Assembly (NCBI GenBank): GCA_963662965.1
Contig: OY759970.1
Location: forward strand, 3,328,524-3,392,523
DNA length: 64,000 nucleotides
DNA from: Vicinamibacterales bacterium
GTDB taxonomy: Bacteria > Acidobacteriota > Vicinamibacteria > Vicinamibacterales > UBA8438
Direction of reading: 5' to 3'
Below the pieces are notes generated by a model. It saw nothing but the letters and a program-made list of their open reading frames with translations. It made no database searches and was not told the origin of the DNA. Numbering within the stretch: position 1 is the stretch's first letter; every line of letters starts with the position of its first letter. A program made the position numbers and the translations under genes. Shown here piece after piece: positions 38,101 through 47,358 of the stretch.

Positions 38101-41100
38101 ATGGCAGACGAGCGACTACCGGACGATCGCGAGCCGGAGACGCCGCCGGCGCCGATGGAGAGTGATGCCGCCGCGGAGGCGACCGGAGCCGTCACGGCGC
38201 CCCGGCCGTGGTGGCGCCGCCCGTGGGTGCGGCTGCGCCGGTACAGTCGGCGCACCGTCATCGTCTTGATTGCGCTCGCCGCCGCGGGGTTGGTGTCGGT
38301 CGTGTCCATCGACCTCGGGCCGTCCCTCCGCGCGCAAGCAGAGCAGCAGCTATCGAATCAGATCGATCGGCCGGTCAGCATCGGGCGTTTCGGTACCTAC
38401 CTCCTGCCCGGTCGGTTCCTGATCGAGGACCTCGTCATCGGCGGACCCAATCCCGGCGACCGTCCATTCTTCGTCGGTGACCGCATCGTGATATCGACGG
38501 CGTGGTTGCCGCTGCTACTCAACCGCGAGTTCTTGGTCGATTCCGTTGACCTCGACGGGTGGCGGATGCTCGTCGAGAGCTTCGAGGGGGGCGAGCATAC
38601 GTTCCCCCCGTTTGTCGGCCGGCGTGACGACGATGGTTCCACGACCGAGTCCACTGTCAAGTTGGGAGGCGGCGACGAGCCGGACCCCGAGAATGATGCC
38701 GCGGCCACTGATGCTGCAGAAGACGAAGAAGAGGGACGACGTCTTTTCGTCACCACGGTGCAGTACCTCCGCGCGCACAACGGTGAGTTCGTCTATGACG
38801 ACTATGGGGTCCCGTGGAGCATCGTCGCTCGTAACATCGACCTCACGATGACCAAGTCGACCGGGTACGGCGGGCAGGCGTCGTTTCACGGCGGAACGGT
38901 GCAGATCGGCGACTTCGAGCCGATGACAACCGACTGGGAGGCGACCTACGAGGTCGATGGCGGCCTCGTCGAGTTCACACGGATGGATCTCGAGATGGAC
39001 GGTCTCGAGGCGGTTCTCGACGGCACGGTCGACATGCTGAACTGGCCGTCGGCAGATATTCAGATCACCGAATCGTCGATCGACGCGCCGACGATGAAGG
39101 AGGTCTTTTTCGCCAAGGATAACTTCACGACGACCGGCGACGCGACCTACACGGGTGAGTTTCATCTGTTCGACGGCGGCCGCGAGCTGACGGGCACCTT
39201 TGTCAGCGAAAACTTTACGTTTGGGGATCTCGACTTCCAGCCGATCGACGGCGACCTGGTCTGGACCCGCGACCGATTCGAAATCACACGCGCGCGGTCA
39301 GGCTTCTACGGCGGCGACCTCCAGTTCAGCTACGCGATGAAGCCGCTCGGCGACGAGGAGCCGACGATCGCCACCCTCGCGACCGAGGTCGACGGCATGG
39401 CGGTGGCGCCGCTATTCGATGCACTCGGCCTCACCGGGGCCCGTCCGCTCGGTGCGCTCGGCGGGGAGGTGTTTCTCGAGTGGCCGCTCAGCAGCTTCGC
39501 GGATCGTCGTGGGCACGCCTCGCTGAATGTAACGCCCGAGGATGGCGTGCCGCTCCAGTCTCGCGGCGTTCGCCCGCCGTCGATTCGCGTCGGATGGGGC
39601 TACGCCGGGCAACCGTTCGAGTCGGACGGCGAGCCGTGGCGATTCCCGCTCGGAAGCGAGATCGACCTGACCTTTGGGCCCGACGGCATCGAGCTGGAGC
39701 CGAGCTGGATGGCGACCCCGTTGACCGCGGTCGAGTTCGTTGGGCAGACGGCGTGGGGAGACGAGTCGCGCATCCCGTTCGAGGTCGTCAGCGCCGACTG
39801 GCAAGAGAGCTACCGATTGATGGCCTCGATCATGACCGCATTTGGCCGTCCAACCGGCGAAATCGCGGTCGCCGGATACGGGTCGATGTCTGGCGTCATG
39901 CACGGCGCCTTTCTCGCGCCGCGTATCGAAACGACCTTCGACGGGGACGACGTGCGGGCGTGGAACGTCGATTGGGGCCATGGAGCGGGCGAGATGGTCG
40001 TCGAGGGTGGCTTTCTTGATGTGACGGATGGGCTCTTCCGCGACGCCACCTCGGCGCTACGTGTCGACGGGCGATTTGCGTTCGGTTCGCCGCCCACAGG
40101 GGAGGACGACATCAACGCCAGCTTTGAGCTCGACGGTGTCCCGGCCCAGAACCTGCGTGACGCGTTCGGCATCGAGGGATACTTGATCGATGGGCCGTTG
40201 TACGGCGATTTCCGTCTGTATGGCGAATATGAGCGGCCGTTTGGCTTTGGCCGCCTCCGAATCGGGGCCGGCACGGCCTACGGCGAATCATTCGACCAGA
40301 CGGATGCCGGTCTGCGGTTCGACGGCGAGGGTGTCTGGCTCGATGGCTTGACGGTACGCAAGGGCGCCGGCGAGATCACCGGCGCCATGTACGTCAGATG
40401 GAACGGCACGTACTCCGTCAACGCCGATGCGCGCGGTCTCGACCTCGCTACCTCGAGTCTGTTCGATCGACCCGGGCCGGGGGTGTCCGGGCTGCTCGAC
40501 TTCTCGATTTCTGGGGTCGGTGCCTTCGAGGAGCCGCGGTATCAAATCCGGGGCACGATGACCGACCTGGCGATTGCGGGGGCTGATGTTGGCCAGGTGA
40601 CGGGGCGTCTCGACGTGCAAGACGACGTCATGGCGCTCGAGCTCGAAGCGGCATCGCCGACGCTCGCGGTCTCCGGCTCGGGTCGTATCGAGCTTACGGA
40701 CGCCGCCCGGTCAGAGCTGCGGTTCCGCGTGACGAATACCACGCTCGATCCGTTTGTGCGGACTCTCCAGCCGGACATGCCCGAGGCGACGACCATGGTC
40801 GCGAGCGGGACGATCCTGGTCCAGGGGCCCCTCGCCGATGTTGACCAGCTCGGTGTCGATGCGACGGTCGAGCAACTCGACTTGACGCTGTTCGACTACG
40901 CCGTCACGAACGACGGCCCGATCCGACTGCTGTTTGACCGCAACGTGCTTCAGGTCGCTGAGATGCATCTACAGGGCGAGGGGACGGCGCTCGACCTGTC
41001 GGGGGAGGTCTCGCTGGCCGACGACCGGTTTACGCTGAACGCCAACGGCGATGCCAGCCTCGGCATCCTGCAGGGCTTCTTTCCCGACGTTCGCGGGCGG

Positions 41101-42357
41101 GGGACCATGCGGCTGATGGCGCAGATTGGCGGTTCGTTCCAGGAACCGGTTCTGACCGGTGAGGTGCGGATCGCGAACGGCCGGCTTCGCCATTTCTCGC
41201 TGCCGCATTCGCTCGACGCGCTCGACGGACGCGTCGTCTTCGAGCCTGGGGGCGTGCGGCTTGATGAACTGACGGCACAGTTTGGTGGGGGGGCGGTCCG
41301 CTTCGGGGGTCGGATCGGCCTACAGGGATATCGGATTGGCAACCTCGGCGTGACCGCCAGCCTCGAGGACACGACTTTGCGCCTCGAGGATATCCGGTCT
41401 CGCGTCGACGCGGAGCTGACGCTGCGCGGCCCGATCGAGGCTCCGACGCTCGGCGGCGTCGTCAACGTCCAAGATGCCATCTGGCTCCGGCTCTTCCAAT
41501 CGCCCACCAGGCTGATTGACCTCTCTGGGGGGGACTCGACGCCGGCCACCGATGCGGAGACGAGCATCCCGCTGCAGTACGACCTGCGCATCTCCGCGCC
41601 CTCGAGTCTGCGGATCTCGGACAATCGCGCACAGATCGTCGCCAGCGCCGAGCTTGCCCTGCGGGGAACCTACGCCCGACCGACGCTGGTGGGAAACATC
41701 GAGATCGAGCGGGGGCAGGTCTACTTCGAGGGCAATCGATACCGGGTGACGCGGGGCAATGTCGGCTTCGCGAACCCGACCGAGATCGAGCGGTTCTTCG
41801 ACGTTGAGGCGGAAACCGACATCCGCGTGCCTGGTCAAACGTATCGCGTCACTATCGGGTTGAGCGGGACGGTCGACCGTCTGGCGCCACCGACGCTTGA
41901 GTCCGACCCGCCGCTCCAGCAGTTCGAGATTATCGGATTGCTGCTCGGCGATGTCCGTGACCCGCAGCAGGCGGAGATCCGGACGCTGCGGGCCCGTGAA
42001 GCCTCACAGCAGGAGCTCCTGCAGGCGGTGGGCGCTCGGCTACTTACGAATCCGATTTCGTCCGGAGTCGGCGGCGTCATGCAGCGCTCGTTTGGCGTCG
42101 ACACCTTCGAAATCGTCCCCTCGCTCGACGATTCGGCTGCGCACCAGTCGACGCAGTTGATCCCGACGGCGCGGGTGCTGATCGGCCGACGTATTTCCGA
42201 CCGCGCGCACGTCACATTTTCTCGCGCGGTCAGCGGAAACAATCAGGACCTCATTGTGATCCTTGAGTACGACGCGAGCGACCGCCTCTCGTGGGTGCTG
42301 TCGCAAAACGAGGACCGGACCTACGCGCTCGACTTCCGGGTCAGGCACGCCTTCTGA
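38101..42357 (+). CDS. tamB: translocation and assembly module protein TamB-like (AsmA/DUF490 family)
   Basis: 1418 aa. N-terminal TM anchor, long beta-rich repetitive body. Placed immediately upstream of, and overlapping, an Omp85 gene. Confidence 0.8.
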   Translation: MADERLPDDREPETPPAPMESDAAAEATGAVTAPRPWWRRPWVRLRRYSRRTVIVLIALAAAGLVSVVSIDLGPSLRAQAEQQLSNQIDRPVSIGRFGTYLLPGRFLIEDLVIGGPNPGDRPFFVGDRIVISTAWLPLLLNREFLVDSVDLDGWRMLVESFEGGEHTFPPFVGRRDDDGSTTESTVKLGGGDEPDPENDAAATDAAEDEEEGRRLFVTTVQYLRAHNGEFVYDDYGVPWSIVARNIDLTMTKSTGYGGQASFHGGTVQIGDFEPMTTDWEATYEVDGGLVEFTRMDLEMDGLEAVLDGTVDMLNWPSADIQITESSIDAPTMKEVFFAKDNFTTTGDATYTGEFHLFDGGRELTGTFVSENFTFGDLDFQPIDGDLVWTRDRFEITRARSGFYGGDLQFSYAMKPLGDEEPTIATLATEVDGMAVAPLFDALGLTGARPLGALGGEVFLEWPLSSFADRRGHASLNVTPEDGVPLQSRGVRPPSIRVGWGYAGQPFESDGEPWRFPLGSEIDLTFGPDGIELEPSWMATPLTAVEFVGQTAWGDESRIPFEVVSADWQESYRLMASIMTAFGRPTGEIAVAGYGSMSGVMHGAFLAPRIETTFDGDDVRAWNVDWGHGAGEMVVEGGFLDVTDGLFRDATSALRVDGRFAFGSPPTGEDDINASFELDGVPAQNLRDAFGIEGYLIDGPLYGDFRLYGEYERPFGFGRLRIGAGTAYGESFDQTDAGLRFDGEGVWLDGLTVRKGAGEITGAMYVRWNGTYSVNADARGLDLATSSLFDRPGPGVSGLLDFSISGVGAFEEPRYQIRGTMTDLAIAGADVGQVTGRLDVQDDVMALELEAASPTLAVSGSGRIELTDAARSELRFRVTNTTLDPFVRTLQPDMPEATTMVASGTILVQGPLADVDQLGVDATVEQLDLTLFDYAVTNDGPIRLLFDRNVLQVAEMHLQGEGTALDLSGEVSLADDRFTLNANGDASLGILQGFFPDVRGRGTMRLMAQIGGSFQEPVLTGEVRIANGRLRHFSLPHSLDALDGRVVFEPGGVRLDELTAQFGGGAVRFGGRIGLQGYRIGNLGVTASLEDTTLRLEDIRSRVDAELTLRGPIEAPTLGGVVNVQDAIWLRLFQSPTRLIDLSGGDSTPATDAETSIPLQYDLRISAPSSLRISDNRAQIVASAELALRGTYARPTLVGNIEIERGQVYFEGNRYRVTRGNVGFANPTEIERFFDVEAETDIRVPGQTYRVTIGLSGTVDRLAPPTLESDPPLQQFEIIGLLLGDVRDPQQAEIRTLRAREASQQELLQAVGARLLTNPISSGVGGVMQRSFGVDTFEIVPSLDDSAAHQSTQLIPTARVLIGRRISDRAHVTFSRAVSGNNQDLIVILEYDASDRLSWVLSQNEDRTYALDFRVRHAF

Positions 42358-45320
42358 TGTTGCTCCCTCGTCACGCCGTGCACGGGCCCGGCGCGATCTG
42401 TGCCTGTCTCGTCCTCTGGGCGGGCCCGGCGGCGGCCGGGGCGGAGGTCGACGAATTCATCGGCCAGCGTGTGGTCGAGGTCGAGTTCGCCACAGATGGG
42501 ATCCCGATTAACGACCCCGCCGTTCGCGAGCTGGTGGAAACGACCGCCGGCGAGCCGCTCGCGATGCGCGAGGTCCGTGAGAGCTTGGCGCATCTCTTCA
42601 GCCTCGGTCGCTACGGCCACGTTGCGGTCGACGCCTACCCACGCGCCGGCGGTGTGGCGCTGCTGTATGAGCTGAGGCCGTTCGAGCTCGTCGAGCGCAT
42701 CGAGCTCTCCGGTAATCGGGTGCTCGCCGCCGACGACGTGCGGCGCGTCGTCGTCCAGCGCCACGGCGAGGTCTTCCCCGCCAGCGCGGCCGCCGCGGTG
42801 GCCGATACCGTGCGCGCGTACTACGCGGAGCGCGGTTTTCTGTCACCGCGGGTCGACGCGGAGCTGCGCGGGTCGGCGACCGAGCGCACCCTTCGCTTGA
42901 CGATAGTTGCTGGCGCGCGCGCCCGCGTCAATCGGTGGTTCATCACCGGCGTCGCCTCGGCGTTGCTCAACACGCGGCTGCGAGCTCGTCTGGGCCTCGT
43001 CGACGGCGACGTCTACGACGGCGCGAGGCTCGATCAGCGGTTGAGCGAGTACGAGGGCGAGCTCCGCGCGCTGCAGTACTACGAAGCGCGTCTCTCGCAC
43101 ACGGTGGAGCGACGCACAGACGCGGACATCGACGTCCGTTTGAACATCCTGCGCGGACCGCGCATCACGGTGACGCTGAGCGGCGACGAGGTGCCGGACG
43201 CGCGGCTCGGCGATCTGGTGCCGGTCGGACGCGAGGCGAGCGTCGACGAGGACTTGCTTGAGGATGCCGACCGACGGATCGCGGCGCACTTGCGGTCGCT
43301 CGGCTACCGCGACGCGGACGTGACGCACACGGCCGACGGGACCGCGGACGAGCTGTCGATCGTCTTCGCGGTGACCCGCGGCCCGTTCTATCAGGTGGTT
43401 GCCGTGCGGATTCGAGGCAACGCGAGCGTGCCGACCGAGGTGCTCCTGCCGGTGGTCAACATCACGTCTGGCGATCCGCTCATTGTCTCCGACGTGGACG
43501 CCGGGTTGGCCGCCATCGAGGAGCGCTACCAGCAGCTCGGCTATGCGACCGTGCGCGCGACCAGAACCTTCGCCGACATCGCGACCGGTGGCGCTGCGGG
43601 TACCGTGATGCAGACCGTCGATATCGACATCGTCGAAGGGCCGCGGATGACCATTGCCGCCTTGGTGTTCGACGGGGTCGAGGCGTGGCCGTTTGACAGA
43701 CTCGAGGAGACGGTCGCCGCACGTATCGGCGAGCCTTTCTACGGACCGCAGGTGAGCGACGACCGCGATGCGCTGCTGTCGCTCTATCTCAACGACGGGT
43801 ACGAGCAGGCCGTGGTGGTCGTCGAGCCGCAGTTTGCGGACGACCTGCGCACCGTCGACCTGGTCTTCCGCGTCGACGAAGGGCGTCAGGTACTCGTCGA
43901 TCACGTGTTGATCGTCGGTAACCGTCGGGTCGACTCCGAGACGATTCGTGGCGAGCTCGCCCTCGCGCCCGGCGACCCGCTTGGTCTCGACGACGTCGCG
44001 GAGACCCGTCGCCGGCTCAACGCGCTGGGGATGTTTCGTGGACTCGATATCCGGGAGTTTAGCCATGGTTCTGTCGACCGACGCGATGTCATCATCGAAG
44101 TGGAGGAGGCGCCGGCGACGACGCTGGCGTACGGCGGCGGGCTCGAAGTGTCGCAGCGGATTCGGCGTGACTCGGGCGACGAGGGAAGCGCCGCGGTGGA
44201 GCGGATCGAGTTTGCGCCGCGCGGATCGTTCCAGATCGGGCGCCGCAACCTGTGGGGCAAGAACCGGTCGATCAACTTGTTTACCCGTGTGAGTGTCCGG
44301 CGTAAGAACGATCCATCCGAGCCGGGTTCGGCTGACGCGGCCCGAACGCTTGGGTTTAACGAGTACCGGGTGTTGGGGACCTATCGCGAGCCGCGGTCGT
44401 TCCGGCTGCGCTGGGATGTGCTGATGTCGGGTTACGTGGAGCAGGCGATTCGACCCGGGTTCGATCTGTTCACCCGCGGTGTCACGGCACAGGTGGTGGC
44501 GGGATCCGGTGATAGGACGAGCACGACGCTCGGCTACCGCCTGGGGAGCAACGACACGTCGAATCGACAGCTGGACCCCGAGGACAGCAATATCGTCGAC
44601 CGACTGTTTCCGGAGGTGCGACTGTCGTCATTCCGGCTGAGCCGGCTTCGGGACACCCGCAACGATCCGTTCGATCCGACACGCGGCACGGTCCTCACCG
44701 CCGAAACCGAGCTCGCCGCTCGCTCGATCGGGTCCGCGGTCGGGTTTACCAAGACATTTCTGTCCGGTTCGTTCTTCCGCGAGCTGCGCGACGCGTCTCG
44801 TCTCGTGTTTGCCGCCAGTGCACGTGTCGGTCTGGCGTGGGGTTTTCCGCAGACGTATCATCTCGAGGGCCCCGGCGGACCGATGGAGGTGTCGCAGACG
44901 CTCGACCTGCCGATCAGCGAGCGCTTTTTTGCCGGAGGGGATAACACCGTGCGTGGATTCGCCCTCGACCGCCTGGGCGATCCGCGTGAGGAACCGGGCG
45001 GCACCATCGATCAGGACGGCTTTCCGCAGGGCGGTAACGCCATGCTCATCTTTAATACCGAGCTACGTGTGCGGCTGACGCGCGCCGTCGGACTCGTGAC
45101 GTTTCTCGACGCCGGGAACGTTTATGATGATGTGCAGCACGTGAGCCTGCGTCGTATCCGCGGCGGCGCTGGCTTCGGGGTACGGTACAGTTCGCCAGTC
45201 GGACCGATTCGCGTCGACCTCGGCTTCAAGCTCGGTGAGCGGCACTTCTTTGGTGACGAGACGAGTCGGACGCAAGAACCGCTCACCGCGCTTCACATCA
45301 GCATCGGCCAAGCGTTTTAG
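42357..45320 (+). CDS. Omp85-family outer membrane protein assembly factor (BamA/TamA-like)
   Basis: Signal peptide, several POTRA-like units, C-terminal barrel with RGF/GGD-type motifs (FFAGGDNTVRGF) and a terminal ...ISIGQAF. ATG 42357 overlaps the tamB TGA. Confidence 0.85.
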   Translation: MLLPRHAVHGPGAICACLVLWAGPAAAGAEVDEFIGQRVVEVEFATDGIPINDPAVRELVETTAGEPLAMREVRESLAHLFSLGRYGHVAVDAYPRAGGVALLYELRPFELVERIELSGNRVLAADDVRRVVVQRHGEVFPASAAAAVADTVRAYYAERGFLSPRVDAELRGSATERTLRLTIVAGARARVNRWFITGVASALLNTRLRARLGLVDGDVYDGARLDQRLSEYEGELRALQYYEARLSHTVERRTDADIDVRLNILRGPRITVTLSGDEVPDARLGDLVPVGREASVDEDLLEDADRRIAAHLRSLGYRDADVTHTADGTADELSIVFAVTRGPFYQVVAVRIRGNASVPTEVLLPVVNITSGDPLIVSDVDAGLAAIEERYQQLGYATVRATRTFADIATGGAAGTVMQTVDIDIVEGPRMTIAALVFDGVEAWPFDRLEETVAARIGEPFYGPQVSDDRDALLSLYLNDGYEQAVVVVEPQFADDLRTVDLVFRVDEGRQVLVDHVLIVGNRRVDSETIRGELALAPGDPLGLDDVAETRRRLNALGMFRGLDIREFSHGSVDRRDVIIEVEEAPATTLAYGGGLEVSQRIRRDSGDEGSAAVERIEFAPRGSFQIGRRNLWGKNRSINLFTRVSVRRKNDPSEPGSADAARTLGFNEYRVLGTYREPRSFRLRWDVLMSGYVEQAIRPGFDLFTRGVTAQVVAGSGDRTSTTLGYRLGSNDTSNRQLDPEDSNIVDRLFPEVRLSSFRLSRLRDTRNDPFDPTRGTVLTAETELAARSIGSAVGFTKTFLSGSFFRELRDASRLVFAASARVGLAWGFPQTYHLEGPGGPMEVSQTLDLPISERFFAGGDNTVRGFALDRLGDPREEPGGTIDQDGFPQGGNAMLIFNTELRVRLTRAVGLVTFLDAGNVYDDVQHVSLRRIRGGAGFGVRYSSPVGPIRVDLGFKLGERHFFGDETSRTQEPLTALHISIGQAF
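42358..42405 (-). repeat. family A core fragment (A6) embedded at the tamB/Omp85 junction
   Basis: TTGCTCCCTCGTCACGCCGTGCACGGGCCCGGCGCG matches the A2 core TTGCTCCCTCGTCGCACCTTGCGGGGGCCGGGCGCG at 29 of 36 positions. Confidence 0.6.
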
Positions 45321-45960
45321 TGCGCTGCTGTCGGCCCTCCTGTGGGCGGCACCGCTCGGAGCCGTTGCCCAGAGCCTCGACCGCATCGTGGCCGTCGTCG
45401 CCGGCCACGTCATCTTGGCCTCCGACGTGAGGGCCTTCCTCGAGTTCGGCCTCATCGAGGTCGAGGCTTCTGGCTCTGTCTCTGACTCTGAAGAAGACGA
45501 GCGCACGCGCGCCGGATGCGCCCTGACGCGGCTGATCGAGCGACGTCTCGCGCTCGACGAGGTCGACCGATATCGGGTGGCCGCGCCGCGGCCAGAACAG
45601 ATCGATCGCGAGCTCGCTGCCCTCCGCGGTCGCTTCAGCGATGAGGAGGCGTTTGCGGATCTCCTGGCGGCGGTGGGGCTCGGACTGCCGGACCTCAGGC
45701 AGATTCTGCGGGACAATGTCCGGCTGGAGGCGTATCTCGCTGGACGCTTTGGTTCGGCGGATCGGCTGAGTGAGTCGGAGCTGCGCGCCTACTACGCCGC
45801 CAACCGTGACGACTTCACCGACGCGGGGCGCGGCGTCGCGTTCGACACGGTTCGTGCGCAGGTCCAAGCCCGGCTGTGGGCGGAGCGGCGCGCGGCCCTC
45901 GTCGAGAACTGGACTGCCGGTCTCGCTCTCCGCGGGGACGTGACCCGGTTTGAGCCATGA
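45235..45960 (+). CDS. periplasmic SurA N-terminal-domain-like chaperone
   Basis: Signal-like LSALLWAAPLGAVAQS, then DRIVAVVAGHVILASDV and helical repeats. The start is uncertain (GTG 45235, TTG 45250 or GTG 45253) and all candidates overlap the Omp85 3' end. The stop lies at the edge of repeat B3. Confidence 0.55.
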   Translation: MSGTSLVTRRVGRKNRSPRFTSASAKRFSALLSALLWAAPLGAVAQSLDRIVAVVAGHVILASDVRAFLEFGLIEVEASGSVSDSEEDERTRAGCALTRLIERRLALDEVDRYRVAAPRPEQIDRELAALRGRFSDEEAFADLLAAVGLGLPDLRQILRDNVRLEAYLAGRFGSADRLSESELRAYYAANRDDFTDAGRGVAFDTVRAQVQARLWAERRAALVENWTAGLALRGDVTRFEP

Positions 45961-46113
45961 TCAGACCGGGGGAATATCGCGCTCGATCGAGCAACGGAGT
46001 CTCGCGCGCTTCCTGGTCAGACGGGGCCTGCGGCTCCGAACCCCGCCGCCGACACTCGCGGGGGGCCCCTTTGCCACGCTCCGTGCCGGCGGGGGCGCGC
46101 CGTGCCCGCCCTG
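45959..46113 (+). repeat. family B element B3 (X module followed by an inverted Y module)
   Basis: The X module is collinear with B1/B2. 46017-46110 is the reverse complement of the B1/B2 Y module. Confidence 0.88.
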
Positions 46114-46261
46114 ATCTCAGACTCCCCCATCCGGGCTCAGCGAGAGCGATTGTTTCCCGGCCTGCGTGGGTGCCGGTCGGACATATCCCGAAAGAAACCG
46201 TCTGCCTTTAGCGAGACGAAGCACCCCTGTATCTGAGGGCGGCTGGATGTTTCCCGAGGCG

Positions 46262-46278
46262 AGTCGGCCCCGTCTAGG
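46262..46278 (-). repeat. family B terminal motif fragment (B6)
   Basis: The minus strand reads CCTAGACGGGGCCGACT, the same CTAGACGGGGCC terminus as the Y ends. Confidence 0.5.
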
Positions 46279-47065
46279 TAATCACCTCCGCGGCGGTGAC
46301 CGCCAGGATGATCTCGACCAGATTGAAGCCCGCGTGGCTCACCATCGATGCGACGATGCTCCGTCGCACGAGGTAGAGCGCCCCCCACGCAGCCCCAAGC
46401 GCGCCGGTCATGACGGCGGCGTCCCACCCCTGGACGTGGTGCCCGAGGCCGAACGCGACGCTGAAGATCACGAGGCCAAGCCAGCCCCCGCCAAGATGTT
46501 GCTCGAAGCGACGCAGGATAAACGCGCGCTGCAGTTCCTCCCGTACCCCACCGGCGATCACGACCACCAGGCCGAACAGCAGTGCCCGCGCCGGGGTGTC
46601 GAGCATCGACTCCAGCGGATTGTCTGGGACATTCTGAAGCGACGGCGCAATGGTGCGAATCAACAGCAGTCCGCCGATCGCGATGAACACGAGTAAGGGA
46701 ATCAGCAGGACGCCCAGCGCCGCTTCTCGGCCCGGAGTCCAAGCGCCGGCGACGAGGTCCCGCAGCGACTCGCCGTGTGCGCGCAGGAAATAGACAACGA
46801 GTGCCACAATGAAGGCGGCGTCGACGAGCGAGAGGGTGACGATGTAGGCGAACGACAGCTGACCGTCGCTGGCGACCGCCTGCATCCCGATGCTGTTCAG
46901 TATCAGCGCCAAGGCGAGCTGCGTCGGGAACCCGGAGCAGATGAGCACCTCGGTCAAGGCTGTGGTCGCTCCACCGGGGCCGGCGTCGGTCGTGGGGACG
47001 GTGATGGCGTCTGGGGCGGAACCGAGCGACTCGCCGGGCGGGGAGGTCGAGTCCGGCTCCGTCAT
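46274..47065 (-). CDS. CPBP family intramembrane glutamic endopeptidase (CAAX/Abi)
   Basis: Motifs GVREELQRAF, FSVAFGLGH, HAGFN. Multiple TM spans. Confidence 0.8.
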   Translation of the reverse strand: MTEPDSTSPPGESLGSAPDAITVPTTDAGPGGATTALTEVLICSGFPTQLALALILNSIGMQAVASDGQLSFAYIVTLSLVDAAFIVALVVYFLRAHGESLRDLVAGAWTPGREAALGVLLIPLLVFIAIGGLLLIRTIAPSLQNVPDNPLESMLDTPARALLFGLVVVIAGGVREELQRAFILRRFEQHLGGGWLGLVIFSVAFGLGHHVQGWDAAVMTGALGAAWGALYLVRRSIVASMVSHAGFNLVEIILAVTAAEVIT

Positions 47066-47111
47066 GCGGGCACTCTACCATACGACGTTTCGCTAAATGA
47101 TCGCCTTCAAT

Positions 47112-47127
47112 TGTCAATATATTGCGC
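47112..47127. promoter_or_regulatory. candidate NrdR box 1
   Basis: TGTCAATATATTGCGC. The core CAATATATTG is a perfect palindrome matching the NrdR-box consensus acaCwAtATaTwGtgt. Confidence 0.5.
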
Positions 47128-47143
47128 TTGACCTGAAATCACT

Positions 47144-47159
47144 ACCCCATATCTGGTGC
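47144..47159. promoter_or_regulatory. candidate NrdR box 2 (weaker)
   Basis: ACCCCATATCTGGTGC matches about 11 of 16 consensus positions. Its centre is 32 bp from box 1, which is the usual tandem spacing. Confidence 0.35.
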
Positions 47160-47165
47160 TTTCTC

Positions 47166-47194
47166 TTGACACCTAATCTCTCTGGTCGCATAGT
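47166..47194 (+). promoter_or_regulatory. candidate sigma-70 promoter for nrdJ
   Basis: TTGACA (47166-47171), 17-nt spacer, CATAGT (47189-47194). This leaves a leader of about 165 nt. Confidence 0.4.
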
Positions 47195-47358
47195 AGGCCT
47201 TTTAGTGCGTCACCGGTGGCCTTAAGGTTTTCAGCTTCTATCGCCGGAGGGTTCGGAAAGTCGACTGGCCTTGGTCTCCGCGGCGCCGTGTTTTTCAGTC
47301 AGGGTGTGTGGATGGCTGCCTCTAGGTGGGAGTTGGCGCCACTCGTTCGGAGGTGAAG

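Noticed and set aside
47195-47358. Cobalamin riboswitch in the nrdJ leader (AGTCAGG...GCTGCC, GCCACTCG)
   Set aside because: The putative B12-box is interrupted by about 9 extra nt, and the other conserved cobalamin-riboswitch elements are absent. A B12-dependent RNR is also not the usual target of B12 repression.
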